Assembly (NCBI RefSeq): GCF_009914755.1
Contig: NC_060925.1
Length of the DNA: 64,000 bases
Source of the DNA: the human T2T-CHM13v2.0 reference genome, Homo sapiens
Reading direction: 5' to 3' (one strand)
Position 1 is the stretch's first letter. Every line of letters starts with the position of its first letter. The translations under genes were made by a program, and so were the position numbers. The notes under the pieces are model-generated. The model was not told the origin of the DNA, ran no database searches, and saw nothing but the letters and a program-made list of their open reading frames with translations. Positions 15,470 to 29,769 of the stretch are shown piece after piece.

Positions 15470-16570
15470 CTCACCATTCATTATAATTATGTACTATGCT
15501 CTAGGCATTGTTCTAGATGCTGGGAATATAGTTGTCAATCAAATTCTCTGCTCTCTTGGAACATTTATGTGAGCTGTGGGAGAGATAAGCCAATAAAGAG
15601 ATCTGTACTATACTGCACTGCATTGCACTGTGCTGTACTGACCAGGATAGATAATGCCAGGCAGGGGTAATTGCTATGTTGCAAAAAGCCCAGGGTGAGT
15701 AGGGTGGTGAAGCTGCTGTTTTATTTATGGTGGTCAGGGGAGGACTTTCCAAAGAGCCACATGAAGAGAGACCTTGATGAAGTAAGGATTGGAGGGCTGC
15801 TAATGTCTGGGAAGGAGAGCAATCCAGGCAGAGGGAGTGGCAAGTGCAAAGGCTTGGAAATGGGATTGTTCTTGGCACCCTCAGAGGAGTGTGGCTGGAG
15901 GGCTATAAAAGAGGAGTGTGATAGGATTAATGTTAATTGCTGTAGCAGCAATTGCAGCAGGCATGATGGAGACCCAGCCTGTGCTGGGTACAATACATGT
16001 ATTAATTCATTTCACTCTCATTGCCCTGTGAGGTAAGCACTTTTATTACCCCATTTTACAGATAAGGAAATGAAGGCATTGGCAGGCTAAATAACCAGCC
16101 TGTGGTCACATAACTCCTGAGTGGCAGAGCTCAACTTGAACCCAGGTAGCCTGGCTGTGGAGTCTTTAATCCTAACTGCTCTTTGATGGTGAGAGAGGAT
16201 GCCAGGACATCTTCAGTCAGCAAATGCACTAGTGCACAGATCAGGACATTCAGTTTTTTGTTCATTTGTTACTGAAATGGTTAATTGATTCATCCCCACA
16301 GCTATACAACAGCAGATCTTCACTGTGTACCTCCTCTGTGCACAGCTTTGTGTTTGGAGGGAAGGCACCCTAGGGTTATGGGCAAAGTAGCTCTTACATG
16401 ATGGGCCAATTGCTTTCCTGGATTCTTATTTATTCCTCACATTAACCTCACATGTTATTATTTTTCCATTTTACAGGTGAGGACATGGGGGCACAGAGGA
16501 CCTTGAGGACAAGGTTGTTTGTCCAAGGTCATGTGAAAAGTAAGTAGTGGAACCACGGTTCACCCTAGGT
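15470..16570 (-). mobile_element. L2 and MIR fragments
   Basis: L2-like ACTATGCTCTAGGCATTGTTCTAG; MIR cores CCCATTTTACAGATAAGGAAA and CCATTTTACAGGTGAGGAC. Confidence 0.6.
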
Positions 16571-16775
16571 CAGTGGTTCTTAAATGAGGGAACTTTGCAC
16601 CCTGCACCCCCACAGATATTTGGCAATGTCTGGAGACATTTTTGGTTGTCACAACTGGGTGTCAGGTGCTCCTGCCGTCTTCTGGGTAGAGGCCAAAGAT
16701 GTTGCTAAACAACTTATGGTGCACAGAGAATTATCCGGCCCCAAATACCCATCTTGCAGCACTCGAGAGGCCTTG
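16571..16775. mobile_element. MER20 (hAT-Charlie)
   Basis: CAGTGGTTCTTAA...TTTGGCAATGTCTGGAGACATTTTTGGTTGTCACAACTGG...GGGTAGAGGCCA. Confidence 0.8.
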
Positions 16776-17149
16776 GCCAGGCGGGCAGACTCCAGGTCCC
16801 AGCTCCCCATCCACAAGGCCACCTGCCTGGGATTGGAGGCTCCGGTGCCCTAAGTTTGAAGTTTGGCTCCACCATTTATTAGTCTTCTGAATTTGGGCAC
16901 CTTTCTGAGCTCCAGCTTCTTTATCTGAGCAATGGGCACATGAACCACACAGAGCGTGAATTACACAAAACACATGCCCCAGAACTTCCTTGTTCTGATA
17001 CATGCTGAATGTTCTTTTATAATTAGGCATCCATACACCATATTCATTGGTTAGAAATGAGTCATTACGTCCAAATCATATTCAAGGGGAGGTGATTAGA
17101 CTTTACCTCTTCATGGGAGGAGTGCCAAAGAATTTGCAGAAGAGATGTT

Positions 17150-18960
17150 TTACATTTTATGCTTTATTTTTAAACACTTGTTCTCACATAGTTTCAGACT
17201 TACAGAAACCTTGCAACACGGTACAAAGAATTTCTAAATATTGTTTACCCAGATCCCCCAAACATCAGGGTTTCACTGTATCACTTATCTCTGTTCTTCC
17301 CTTTTTCTTCTGAGTCATCTAAGGTGTGATGCCCATTTACTCTTGAATATTTTGTTGCATATTTCCTAAAAACAGGGAATTCTCTCGTCTCATCTACAGA
17401 CTTTATTCAGACTTCACAATAATGTCCTTTATAACAAAACAATCCAAGACCATGTGTTGCATTTAGCTGTCCCCTGTAATTTGAAAGTTTCTGCTGCTTT
17501 GTCTTTCTTGACACAGACCTTTGTGAAGATTACCTGGCCAGTTACTTGGTATAATTGTCCTTCAACTTCGGTTTTTTGGTGCTTTTCCATGATCAGATTC
17601 TGTTATGCATGTTGGGCAGGAATATCACTGATGCCATGCTGAGCTCCTGTAGCTCAAGGCATGAGGGGCAGGTGCTATTAATTAGTCCCATTACTAGCAA
17701 TGTTAACTTTGTTCATGGGGTTACGGTGCTGTCCACCGTTTTACTCTTTATAATTAATATGTATTTCCTTTGGAGAAATACTTTGAGACTATGAAGATAT
17801 CCTATTATTTCTCAAACTTGCATCCATTGGTTTTAGCATTTATTAGTAGCCCTTCCCTGAATCAGTTATTACTGTGGTTGTCAAATCATGTTTTTTAAAA
17901 AAATTCTGTAATCTTTCTAAATGTATTGTTGGTTTTCTACTGTAAGGAAGAACACTTGTTTATATTATTGACATCGGCATAGAATCTTGGTTTTCTAGTT
18001 TTCTGTTTGTTTTTGAGACAGGGTCTCACTCTGTTGTCTAGGCTGGAGAGCAGTGGCATGATCACAGATCACTGCAACCTTGACTCCAGGGCTGAAGTGA
18101 TCCTCCCACCTCAGCCTCCCAAGTAGCTGGGACCACAGGCATATGCCACCATGCCCAGGTAATTTTTTTTTTTTTTTTTTTTTTTTGTAGAGACGGGGCC
18201 TCCCTATGTTGTCCAGGCTGGTCTCAAGCTCCTGGGCTCAAACAGACTTCCCGCCTCAGCCTCCCAAAGTGCTGAGATTTACAGGCTTGAGTCACCATGC
18301 CCAGCCCGGGTTTCTAGTTTTTATAATAGGTTATAATCTTTTACTTGACGCTGTTAATGGATACTATTTTTACATTCCAGGTATGGGACCTGGGGACACA
18401 TGTGTCCCATTTCTATGATATTAACACAATGCTCATTCTAGGGGCAACACTCAGAACACTGTTTTCTATTGTCTTCTAAGACTGTCCCTGACCTCAAATC
18501 TCTCAGTGAACTGAGGGTATCCATACTTATCATGATATTTAGGTTGCCCTAGATTTGGTGAGTGGGAGCCCTTTAAGTTGGTTCTTGTGTCCTTTTGACA
18601 TGCTGTCATTATTCTTTGAGTAGTTTGTTACTTTTCAACATGAGATATGTCAGACTCATCTTGTGTATTCCCTGTCCAAGCCTTGGAATCATCCATTTTT
18701 CCAAGGAGACCAGGGTTCCTTCTAGCAGAAAATGATATGGAGAAATCAAGATGTGGGCACTAGGGTGTTTATTGTTACTGGGGTGATATTGTTTCTATAT
18801 CCTCTTAAAAGACAGAGTTGGGAAATGGATACATGTATATACATGCACACATATTCATATGTGCATATACACATATCCTTGAGCATCTCTATCTATTTCT
18901 ATGCCTACCTATGTACATATATCAAATCCCATGCACTCATTTTGATATCTAGCAGACATA
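17150..18960 (-). mobile_element. L1MC-type 3' fragment, interrupted by AluJ and a ~180-bp insert
   Basis: Reverse L1MC 3'UTR-like motifs (CAGACTTACAGAAACCTTGCAA, AAATACTTTGAGACTATG, CCAAGGAGACCAGGGTTCC). Confidence 0.65.
18003..18307 (-). mobile_element. AluJ
   Basis: Reverse Alu with expanded middle T-run; TSD G(G/T)TTTCTAGTTTT. Confidence 0.88.
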
Positions 18961-21139
18961 TTTTAAAAACCATCACCTCTGGTTCAAATCTCGATTCTCT
19001 AATGTTCTAGTTCATGAGAACTGGAAGTCAAAGAGATTAAGTTACCTTCCTAGGTTTAAAAAATATTAAAAAGGGAATAATTAGTTGCTTACCTTGTAGT
19101 TTATTGTCAGAGTTATGTGCTATGATGCATGTGGAATGTGTAAGGGTGTTACACAATGAGAATTTAAAAATGGTCTTCTTGTGACTGTGCCCTTAAGAGC
19201 TGAGAGTACAGGGCAGAACCTTCCTGTTTCTATGTAGTGGTTCCATGCTCCATTTTACAGACAGTGTGAGAAGCTACTAGGGATCAAGAATTCAAGAGTC
19301 AATATGCAGGAGAGGGATAGAGTAGCTGAAGAGCAAACTAGACTTGCCTACACCTAGAATAGGAAGAAATAGCACAAGATGTCAAGCTTGATAGGAGGAA
19401 GTTGTTGATATGAGGGGAGAGTTAATCAGAGAATGTTGAGCCCATGTGGAACCCCCTGGACCTCTAGGCCAATTTGGGGGAAGGGCTTAAAGGGAATATG
19501 AGTACCCCTACTCACAAGAGCAGGCAGAGCCATCAGACTTTTGCTTTGACACTGTTAATGAAGTACCATTTTGATATTCCAGGTATGAGACCAGGGGATG
19601 CATGTCTCCCATTTGTAGGATATTAATAATACAATGCCAGTTCCAGGGAAAACACTCAGAACTTTGATCTGATTCTCTTCTAAGATCATTGCTGTCCTAA
19701 AAACTCTTAGTGAACTATGAGTACCAGCACTCCACCAACACTGACAGAATAAAGGTGACAACCAGCATTTGTTGACTATCTATTGGGCAAGGTGCTTTGT
19801 ATACATCTTCTCATGGAATCACTGCAATATTCTTGTGACATAGGCACCATTGTCCTCATTTGGAAAAGGAGGCTGAGAGAGGCTCAATAGCAAGCCAGGT
19901 TATACTTCTAGTAAGGGATAGAAGTGGGATTTGAAGAGCATCTACTCCTGGAGAGCCCCCCTTTTGGGCTTTACACAACTCTTTGGAGGGACTCAGGAAG
20001 AGGAGAGCTCCTTCATGTATATTGCCCATGGGTCCTCTCCAGGTGAAGTATTTTGAGGTTCTGAAACCATTATCAGACTTGGCTGTAAATTCCCTCTCCA
20101 TCTTGGACCTTTTCCTGTGCTCTTCCAATGGCCCTTTCCAATGGGTAATTAGACCTCAGTTGTCTACATGAGTGAGATCTGCTCAGCATGGAGAGGGCTC
20201 TATTTTTCTACACCCTTGATAATTTGTAGGTTTGGGAAAGCATGCCCAGTGTGGCTTGTCAGGGCTAACACATATGCCTTCATTCATATGTCAACTTGGC
20301 TTCATGGGTAGGGGCTGCCTGGAGTCCTGGGATGAGAAAGACTACACAATTGCATTCCAACCAATGACATTGAGGGGACTGGCTAATAAATGATTTCTGT
20401 TAGGAGCTTGGGAGGTGGGGGATGTGTGAATGTTCTAAGTACTTGCCATTCTGTGTCTCTCCACAGCCCCTAAACCTGTCTTTCCTAGAACCACTTGAAA
20501 GTTAAAATATTGATGTCTGGGGCCCACTCCAAATTAGTTAAATCTGAATTTCTAAGGAATAGGACCTAAGCTTCACTTTTTAAAAAAAATTGAATGTGTT
20601 AGAATGTATATAGCCACAATTGAAAAACACCATTGGTCTACACTATCATTAGGCATGTTTGAAAATTATCTGCCTTGACCCTGCCCTGATCTTGCCTTTG
20701 CTACAATATTAAATGGGCTCTTATTAACAATGAATATATCTAATTATTCTCTAGATCTTTTATTAGCTTGAATTATTCTTAGATATTCTGCCACATAAAA
20801 GTATTTGAATGTGTAGTCTTTGTGGTTGATGGTCTAATCAGCTAAACTCAAACCTCACTGCAGCTGTGACTAGAAAGTCCTCATTGATGGAGAATCCTAG
20901 AGGTCCTTTCAGAGAAGAAAAAATAATTCAGTGGGCCAAGCTGTAATATTTTGCCTCTGATTCTCAGATTCCTTGTTGGCAAAATGGGAATGCAAAATAA
21001 ATAGAGTCTATAGTCAGTACCTAATAAGTATTTGTTGAATGAATAAATTAGTGGAATACAAAATTAAAATACTTGTCTCATCAAACATCTAGAGAAAAAG
21101 GAGACAGATATAGAGCTAACCCATGCCTGTTATACCATT

Positions 21140-21948
21140 TAATGCTAGGAGTATGGAAGCAGATACTGTGTCTCTCTAGTTTCACAGGCTCTCAGAGAGA
21201 GAGGAACTGTACTCTAGGAGCTGCATGTGACTAGTCATTCTCAAGAAGTCCCCACCCCAATACCTGATTTGATGAGATTCTGAACTTTAGTTGATGCTGA
21301 AGGGGGAGGAGATTTTTAGGGATCTTGGCAGGACACAAGTGTATTTTGCATGGGGTGGAGGATGTGAATCACTGGGGGCTGGAGGACAGGCTTCCCAGCA
21401 GCCCCTAAGATGGCCTCCAGTGATCCATGTCTCCTGGTATTCATGCCCTTGTATAATCCTCTCCACTCCCTTATATCTTGGCTGAACCTAATGTCTTGTT
21501 CCTAACAAACACAATATGGTGAAACTGATGAACAGCACCTCTGAGAAGTTACAAAAAGAAAATGACTTCCATCCTGCTCACCCTCTCTTGCTCTCTTGCT
21601 TTCTTGTTCTGATGGAAGCCAGCAGCCATGTTGTGGGTGTTCTATGAAGAGGCCCAGTAGCAAGAAACCAGAGGCTGGGGGAGTGTCTGACCAAGAGTCA
21701 GCCAAAACCTGAACCTGCTAATAATCACATGAGTGAGCTTGGAAAGGAAGCATCCCTCATTTGAGCCTTCAGATGAGACCATAGCCTTATATTACTCCTT
21801 GATTGCGGCCTTTGGGAGACTGTGAGCCAGAAGACCCAGCGAAGCTTTGCCTGGGCTCCTGACTCATAGACACTATCAGAAAAACACTTGCTGTTTTAAG
21901 CTGCTAAGTTCTGGGTTAATTTGTTATTTAGCAATAGATAACTAATAT
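21140..21948 (+). mobile_element. MaLR LTR (MLT1E/F-like)
   Basis: Typical 3' end TGTTTTAAGCTGCTAAGTTCTGGGTTAATTTGTTATTTAGCAATAGATAACTAAT. Confidence 0.75.
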
Positions 21949-22172
21949 AGAAGAAAAGGGAGAGAACATTTATTGAATCCTTTGCTATGCCCCAGGTACT
22001 TTGTAAATCTTTTTCCATTTCATCCTTAAGTCAACCTGGATGAAAATATTCAGGTTCAGAGATGCTGGGTGAGTGCCAGGGGCAGGATATGAATCACTAC
22101 TGTTTGATTTGAAAGCCTGTGCTCATTTCTCTATTCCAGGATGCAAACCAGGAGACGTTTTCTATTCTATGT

Positions 22173-22507
22173 TTCTTTTTCCTTTTCTTTTCTTTTCTTT
22201 TTTTGTGGCAGGGGGACAGGGTCCTGCTCTGTCATCCAGGCTAGAGTGAAGTGGAGCAATCATGGTTCACTGCAGCCTGAAACTCTTGGGCTCTGGTGAT
22301 CCTCCTGCTACAGCCTACCAAGTAGCTGGGATTATAGGCATGCGCCACCACACCTGGATAGTTTTTTTTTTTTTTTTTTAATTTTTATTAGAGACTAGGT
22401 CGCACTACGTCACCCAGGTTGGTCTCAAACTCCTGAGCTCAAGGGCTTCTTCTGCCTCAGCCCCTACAAAGTGCTAGGATTACAGGTAGGAGCCATTGTG
22501 TCCGGCC
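22173..22507 (-). mobile_element. AluJ
   Basis: Reverse dimeric Alu with J-type diagnostics. Confidence 0.85.
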
Positions 22508-22790
22508 ACATTTTCTCTGTTCGTAAAGTCAGCAGTAGAATAGCTAACATTGTTGCTAAACAGTTTGTATAAAATGAGTAATTATTAGTGCCCCTGCATG
22601 CAGCCACCTGCTGTTGCTGACCTTCTGTGCCTCTGCAGCCAAACATACATCAGGTACTTATGTATACACACTCCACAGGCACACAGATGCCTCCACAATA
22701 CACATGTGCCCAAGATGCAATTGCAAGCACACAAGTGCACAAATAAGTACACACATGTGTCTTCACAAAGAACTATCTCCACCTTCATTT

Positions 22791-23105
<315 letters not shown>

Positions 23106-24174
23106 TTTTTAAATGAAAGACCCTTTGAGACAGTTCATACCTAAATATGTAAATAGTGCACAAGATTTTGCAGCCTGAACAGAAATGGCCACTATAGTTT
23201 TTTCTCTTTAGCAATTTTCTGTGTGCTGTAAACAAATTTGAAATCTGGCTAGAGACTTTGGAAATCATGTTGACCACTCCCCATATTGTGCAGATGCAGA
23301 AATTGAGGCCCTGAGGGACTTGCCCAAGTACCCCAGCAAAGTGGTGTGAACTGAAGTCCAGGTCTCCCAACTCCCAGTTGACTGTCCTTGCTGTGGCACT
23401 GTGCACCGTCGGTGGGGAGAACACTCCTGGTCCTTAGGAATCCATTTCTAAAGGACATCAGGAGCACAAACAAGTTCATGCCCTATTGTTCTTTCCACGT
23501 AAAAGAAGTTGATGACATTTATGCTTTTCTCACAATACACCATTAAGATAGAACATTGTTGAATTATTTGTGGATTAAATACAGATGTGCAGGGATTTTA
23601 GGGCCCTGATTGATTTTCTGTTGAAAGAAGCGAAAGGAATGTTAATTTACAACTGGCAAATGTTAGCTCTTAGGAGGAGGCAAAACAGCATTTCGAAGGC
23701 CTGTTTTTTGTTTGGTTTTGGTATTTCATGAAAGAGATTTTTCTGTGCAAAGTGGCAGGAAGCCATTTTCAACAAGAGCTAAAGGGAATGAAGATTTAAA
23801 AAATGGACCAAAAACAAACTCAAAGGTGCCAGGCCTTTGTTACTGCAAGCCCCTCTTGCAGGATGAGAGGCTGCTAAAACAAAATCAATAATTTAAGCAA
23901 CTTTCTGTCCCTCTCTCCCCTGCTATTCTGGTAAAATGATTTGACATTTCAGACAACAAGGAATGAACATCAGACCAGGAAGAAAAGGGCTTGGTTATGA
24001 GTCCCAGTTGTGTGATTTTAAGTACATGATTAAACGTTTATTAATTTGGTTCTCTCATCTCTAATAATGAAACCATCACTCTTACATCTTGAGTGTAAAA
24101 AATGCTCATTTACTAGAACTCGCCCTGTATCAGATGCCACATTAGGATTTGTGCGGAGTGATCTCATTAATTCC

Positions 24175-24481
24175 TTTTTTTTTTTTTTTTGAGATGGAAT
24201 TTCACTCTTGTCACCCAGGCTGGAGTGCAGTGGTGCAATCTTGGCTCACTGCAACCTCTCTCTGCCACCCGGTTTTGGTTTCAAGCGATTCTCCTGCCTC
24301 AGCCTCCCAAGTAGCTGGGATTACAGGCGCCCACCACCATGCCCGGCTAATTTTTTGTATTATTAGTAGAGACGGGGCTTCACCATGTTGGTCAGGCTGG
24401 TCTCGAACTCCTGACTTCAGGTGATCCACCCACCTCGGCCTCAAGTGCTAGGATTGCAGGTGGGAGCCACCATGCCCAGCC
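24175..24481 (-). mobile_element. AluS
   Basis: Reverse Alu; TSD CTC(A/G)TTAATTC. Confidence 0.88.
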
Positions 24482-24977
24482 TCGTTAATTCTTTATAGCA
24501 GCCTTGTGAGGAGGTCTGTTCATTCTCACTGTACAGCTGAAGGTGCTGAGGCTCAGAAAACTCAAGCTTGTCGCTCAGGGTCACACAGCTAAGAAATGAC
24601 AAGGTGGAGATTTAAACCTATGCTTGTCTGGCTAGGCACTGTCTTATATAGTAAGAGTGTGGGGATGACAGATTGCAAAACAAAGCAAAATAAAACTCAC
24701 AAGCTCTGAAGATGTAGTGACTGCCTACTCTGCCCCTGTGCTAGCGACCCAGAGTTAAAGATGGGTTCTCATCATGGTCTCTGCTTCTATGGATCCCTCA
24801 GTGGCTTGAGAGGAAAGCAAACCTGGTGGTGGCAACGAGGGCATCTAATATTTTGGATTCCATTTTGGACTCATGTTTAAAGTGCATATGGGCTATACAG
24901 GTGGGTGTATGAGCCGAGGACAAGAGCAGAGGTCTGGGTTTGGGACCAACATCACCAAAGATGATAGCCAACACTGA

Positions 24978-25324
<347 letters not shown>

Positions 25325-26611
25325 ATGAGCCACTGTGCCTGGCTGCATTAACCCATTCTATCCTCAGACTGATGCTGTGAGGCTGCTGTCCTTACCCTGC
25401 TGTACAGAGCAGTGAGAAAACTTGCTTGTAGGTGAAAGTTAAAACTTCAAGGAGGATTTTTCTTGAAAGCCATCCCAAGGTTTTTCTATTTGGTGATTCA
25501 TGATCAATCTTATGCCCCAAGTCCCCACATTCCCTCTATTTTGAGTCACTCTGTCTCATAAGAGCCCCTGGTGCCTTTGTTTTGCTTCATTTGAATTCTG
25601 GATTCAGCATGCATCAGAAATGTTCTCGCTGAGAGCTGGAAAGCATTTTTGTGATGGCTGGGCTGCAGGGCCATTAAGAAAATACCTTTGCACACCAACA
25701 AAAAAGACTAAAGCCTTAATTGCTGATCCAAAAGGCAACAGGAAAGGATGCACCACTGCATATATGGTGAGGGATGCATTGCCTTGGTCAGGGCACAGGT
25801 CCTCTGTCCCTGAGTCCTGTTTCCTTGTGTGGGTAGAGGGCATTTTCACACTCTCTGTCCCCAAAAGACCTCAGGGGGAACAAAAGAGCAGCATGAGCAG
25901 GGGGCCATGGTCATGGGCATTGACTGGGTGCTTGCTGCATGCAAAGGCTCTGTGTTAAGCACCTTGGGAACACTAACTCATTTACTGTCCCAACAAATCC
26001 AGGATGTAGGTACAAGTAATAATCCCACTTTACAGGTGACAAAAATGAGGAATAGAGAGGTTTGGTGATTTGCTCAAGATCACACAGTATGTGTGGCACA
26101 GCTGAGATTCTGACCCACAGGTAAGACTCTTGAGCTTATTCTTCTCACTGAACCCCCTGCCTCTCATGGTTATGTGGCTCATGCTCCCATAGCCTTAAGT
26201 CCTGAGGCTAAGGAAGGGTCCTCAGATAAAAGACGTCAATTTCTGTGTCTTTTTTGAGCAGGCTTCATGAACATCAACACTCATTTGAGGTTACTGAGAG
26301 CATTTGCCTGGCCTTAACATTGTCATCCCAAAGCTGTTTGCCAATTCATTCCCATCTTCATAGCCCTGTCTTTCTCCAGCAGGCTTGGTCTGTGGTTCTA
26401 ATGAACACAGGAGGCTTGGTTCATTCGGATGCAGGAAGTGAGGAGGAATAACATGAAGGGGATTGACCAGATGCCTCAATTCTAATCAGCTGAATGGAGA
26501 TACTTATGATACCTCCTTATGCAGTGCTGTAACGATTAGATGGGATTCTTTATATAAAGGACTTAGAACAATACCTGGCATGTTGTTAGTACTCAATTAA
26601 CTTTATACAAT

Positions 26612-27050
26612 ATATTAGTCAGGCTTTGTTGTGATGATGCCACATAAAAAGTAATCCCCAAATCTCAATGCTAACAACAACAAACATTTACTTCTCATTT
26701 CCATAGGTCAGCTGTGGTTCTACAGGGCTCTTCTGGGCTGGCTAGATTCAGATGGGCCTGGATCTGGGTGGTGAATTGGGTTCCTATTTGCTTCACTTGG
26801 CTCTCAGAAGAGGATCCAGGGGAGTAGCAGCAGCTATCTGAAGCATGTTCATCTCATGCTGGAGGACAGGATCACCAGAGGCCATGCAGGAATATTTAAC
26901 ACCTCTGCTTGGATGTGGCATTCACTGAGTCACCCACATTCCATTAGCTGAAGCAAGTCACATGGCTAAGCCCAATGTCAGTGGGGTGGGGAGGTACACC
27001 ACTTCCATTGAAAGGAGGGAAAACAGATGTTTGCTGAACAATAATACAAT
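26612..27050 (-). mobile_element. Old MaLR LTR (MLT1J/K/L-like)
   Basis: TATTAGTCAGG...CCCCAAATCTCAATG...CCACATTCCATTAGCTGAAGCAAGTCACATGGC. Confidence 0.65.
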
Positions 27051-27103
27051 ACTATGATCTATCACAATACTATGATCTACCATTATACTATGATCTACCA
27101 TTA
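27046..27103. repeat. 18-bp tandem repeat, ~3 copies (core ATACTATGATCTA)
   Basis: Seen directly. Confidence 0.85.
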
Positions 27104-27831
27104 ACATTTCTTGAATGCCTAATAGCTCTCAGGAAGTGTTCCAAGAATCATGGATTCTAGAGATGAATCACATAGCAGCTCTGCTGTCTGCTCTCAAGGG
27201 TGCCCTCACTACAGAGTGTGGTCACTGCAATGACAAAGGTGGCCCCAGGACAACTTAACCTCTCCTGAACTATTTTAATTCTCACAATTTCCTTGTAACC
27301 CCAGTATCACTATCCTTATTTTATAGACAAATAAACTGGGACTCAGAGAGGTTCAGTAATTTTCTTTTGTCCCCATGGCTAGAAAATGGCTAAGCCTAGT
27401 ACCAAATCCTTGTGTGATTGTTCCAGGGTTCTGTTCTTTGCATGACAACTCTGGACTCAGGTATGTAGGCAGAGACATTAGAATTGAGACAGAGACTGAC
27501 CAAAACTCTCATATCTTGGCAGGAGCCCAAGTCTGCATATGTATGAACCTCATCCATATATATGCAAGCTGTGGCTGAGACATCTGTAACCTAGACTTTC
27601 ATAGCTGGGCTACTAACTTCAATCATCTGAAGGAAGACTCAAGTTATAAACTGCCACCAATTCAGTGAATTATCCATAAACTTGTTTCTATATTGCCCTA
27701 TGATGCTCAGTTCAAGCCCAAGTCAAATGCTCCCTCCTGAAAACTTCTCTGATTCCCTAGCCACCAGTTTCTGCCTGTGTTGCCTGTCCACAGCACCAAA
27801 CACTTAAGACACTTTCTCCATGATCCTACAA

Positions 27832-27895
27832 TTTTTTTTTTATTTTTCTGAGACAGGGTCTCACTCTGTCACCCCGGCTAGAGTGCAGTGGTGCA
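27832..27895 (-). mobile_element. Extremely 5'-truncated Alu
   Basis: Alu 3' end plus tail between perfect TSDs CATGATCCTACAA (27819-27831 and 27896-27908). Confidence 0.85.
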
Positions 27896-29263
27896 CATGA
27901 TCCTACAACCTTGATGTATATATTTTAGGCAATCACTGCTCACAGAAAGCCCATATTCTCCTATTCCACCTCCACAGTCCCCAGAGTTCCAGCCCAGTGC
28001 TTGGCATTCAGCAGGGGCTAGATGAAAGTGTGTGGAATGAGTGAATGAACGACGGATGGATAGAGGCTGCTGGGTCCTTAGGAAAGAGAGCAGATGAGAT
28101 TTATTTTTTATTTTTGTCCGTATCTCCTCTTTGGTCCTTTGGAGGGATTTTAGTCAGGATGGGTCTGGTGCAACCAGGTGATCCAAGGGTTATAGGCACA
28201 GAGGGAAGTAACTGGAGCTCCCTTTGGGTACCACAGTAAACACTGGTGGTGGAATGCCATTGTCTTATCTTCTGAGAAGTAGCAGGAGGCTTCCATATTC
28301 TTGTGTTTCGTCAACTGGCTCTAATCATTAAGCTAAATACTCAGCTTATGCAATGCACTTAGCCCAGCTGATTTAGAAGTGGCACCTTCCCAATCAGTCT
28401 AGAGCATTTGGGTGGTCACTGTATTCCAACATTCACTACAATTAGGGACTGCCAGAAAAGCCTGATTGTCTTCACTGGTTATTTATAACCAAATCATAGT
28501 AGCAATCATTATGTAAAAAGAGCTGTTTCTCCACGCCCCCAACTTCTCTGCCTCGCCCACTCCCAATGTCAGTCCTTCCATTTTATTTAATGCTTCTGGC
28601 TGCAGTGATTAGATGTAATGAGAGTGATAGGGCTTTGAGTTGGAAAGTGCTAGAGGCAAAGGAGTTTTGTTATTCTCATCCTTAGAGACACAGAATTCAA
28701 GAGGTAAAGGGGACTTAGAGATTTCTAGTCCAGCAGTCCCATGCTATAGATGGGAAAACTTGAGGATCAAAGTTAGGTAGCTTCATGAAAAGGGTATAAA
28801 TGTGGAAATCCAAGACTCCAGTTCTAACTGAGGCTTAATCACAGATAACGTGTGTGATCTTGAGCTACTTGCTTAGTGTCTCTGGGTCTGAGTTTTCCTT
28901 TCTAGAAGATGGGGAAACTAATACGTATTCTGGAGTGATTAGAGATAAGGTGTAGAAGTAGCCAGGTGTATGGCAGCTGGTACAATGGATGCCATAGTAA
29001 AGGAGTTGGTGCCAGAATCACTGCATCACTGCTCTCTTCCCATCACTCCACATTGCCTTCAACTAGCTGAGTGCTCCTGCTGAAGAACCGACTCCTATGT
29101 TCCCTGGCTCTCAACATGACTCAGTTTGACTTTTCATAAGTGCAGGTAAGCAAGGTAAAATGGGAGTTCTTTTTCCTCTCTACAGATGGAAAATACCAGC
29201 AGGAGACCAGCCAAGTAGAGTTGGGGGAAGTCTTGAGACTCACCCTATGGTCTCCATGACCTT

Positions 29264-29635
29264 TGTCTTAGTTCCTTTGAGCCGCTAAAACAAAATACCT
29301 TAGATTGGGTAATTTATAAACAATAGAAGTTTATTTATTTATTTATTTTTTGCAGTTTCAGAGGCTGGGAAGTCTAAGATCAAGGCATCTGCATATTCAG
29401 TGTCTTGGTGAGGGCTTGCTCTCTGCTTTAAGATGGTACCTTCTTGCTATGTCCTCATGTGGTGGAAGGGGTCATTTGTTCATCTTCATTTCTTTTATAA
29501 GGTCATTAATCCCATTCAGAAGGGCTCTGTCCAAATGCCTTAATCAGCTCCTAAATGCCCCACCTCTTAAAACTATCACCTTGATTAAGTTTCCACATAT
29601 GAAATTTGGAGAGACACAGACATTCAGACCATGGT
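29264..29635 (-). mobile_element. MaLR LTR (MST/MLT1A-type)
   Basis: TGTCTTAGTT...GGGTAATTTATAAACAATAGAA...GAGGCTGGGAAGTCTAAGATCAAGG...ACATTCAGACCAT. Confidence 0.75.
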
Positions 29636-29769
29636 AGTCCCCATCCTCTGATGTGGACCGGCAGCACACTCACAGTCTTACATAAATGACTCTGCAAGTG
29701 CAGCTTTCTGAGCTCCATTCCAATTGTCCCTCTCCCCACCTCCATAGCAGTTTTGGTGAAGCCCTATGT

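Noticed and set aside
23480-23960. Repeat-free stretch that might be a conserved enhancer downstream of DRD5
   Set aside because: No evidence obtainable from this sequence alone; needs conservation or chromatin data
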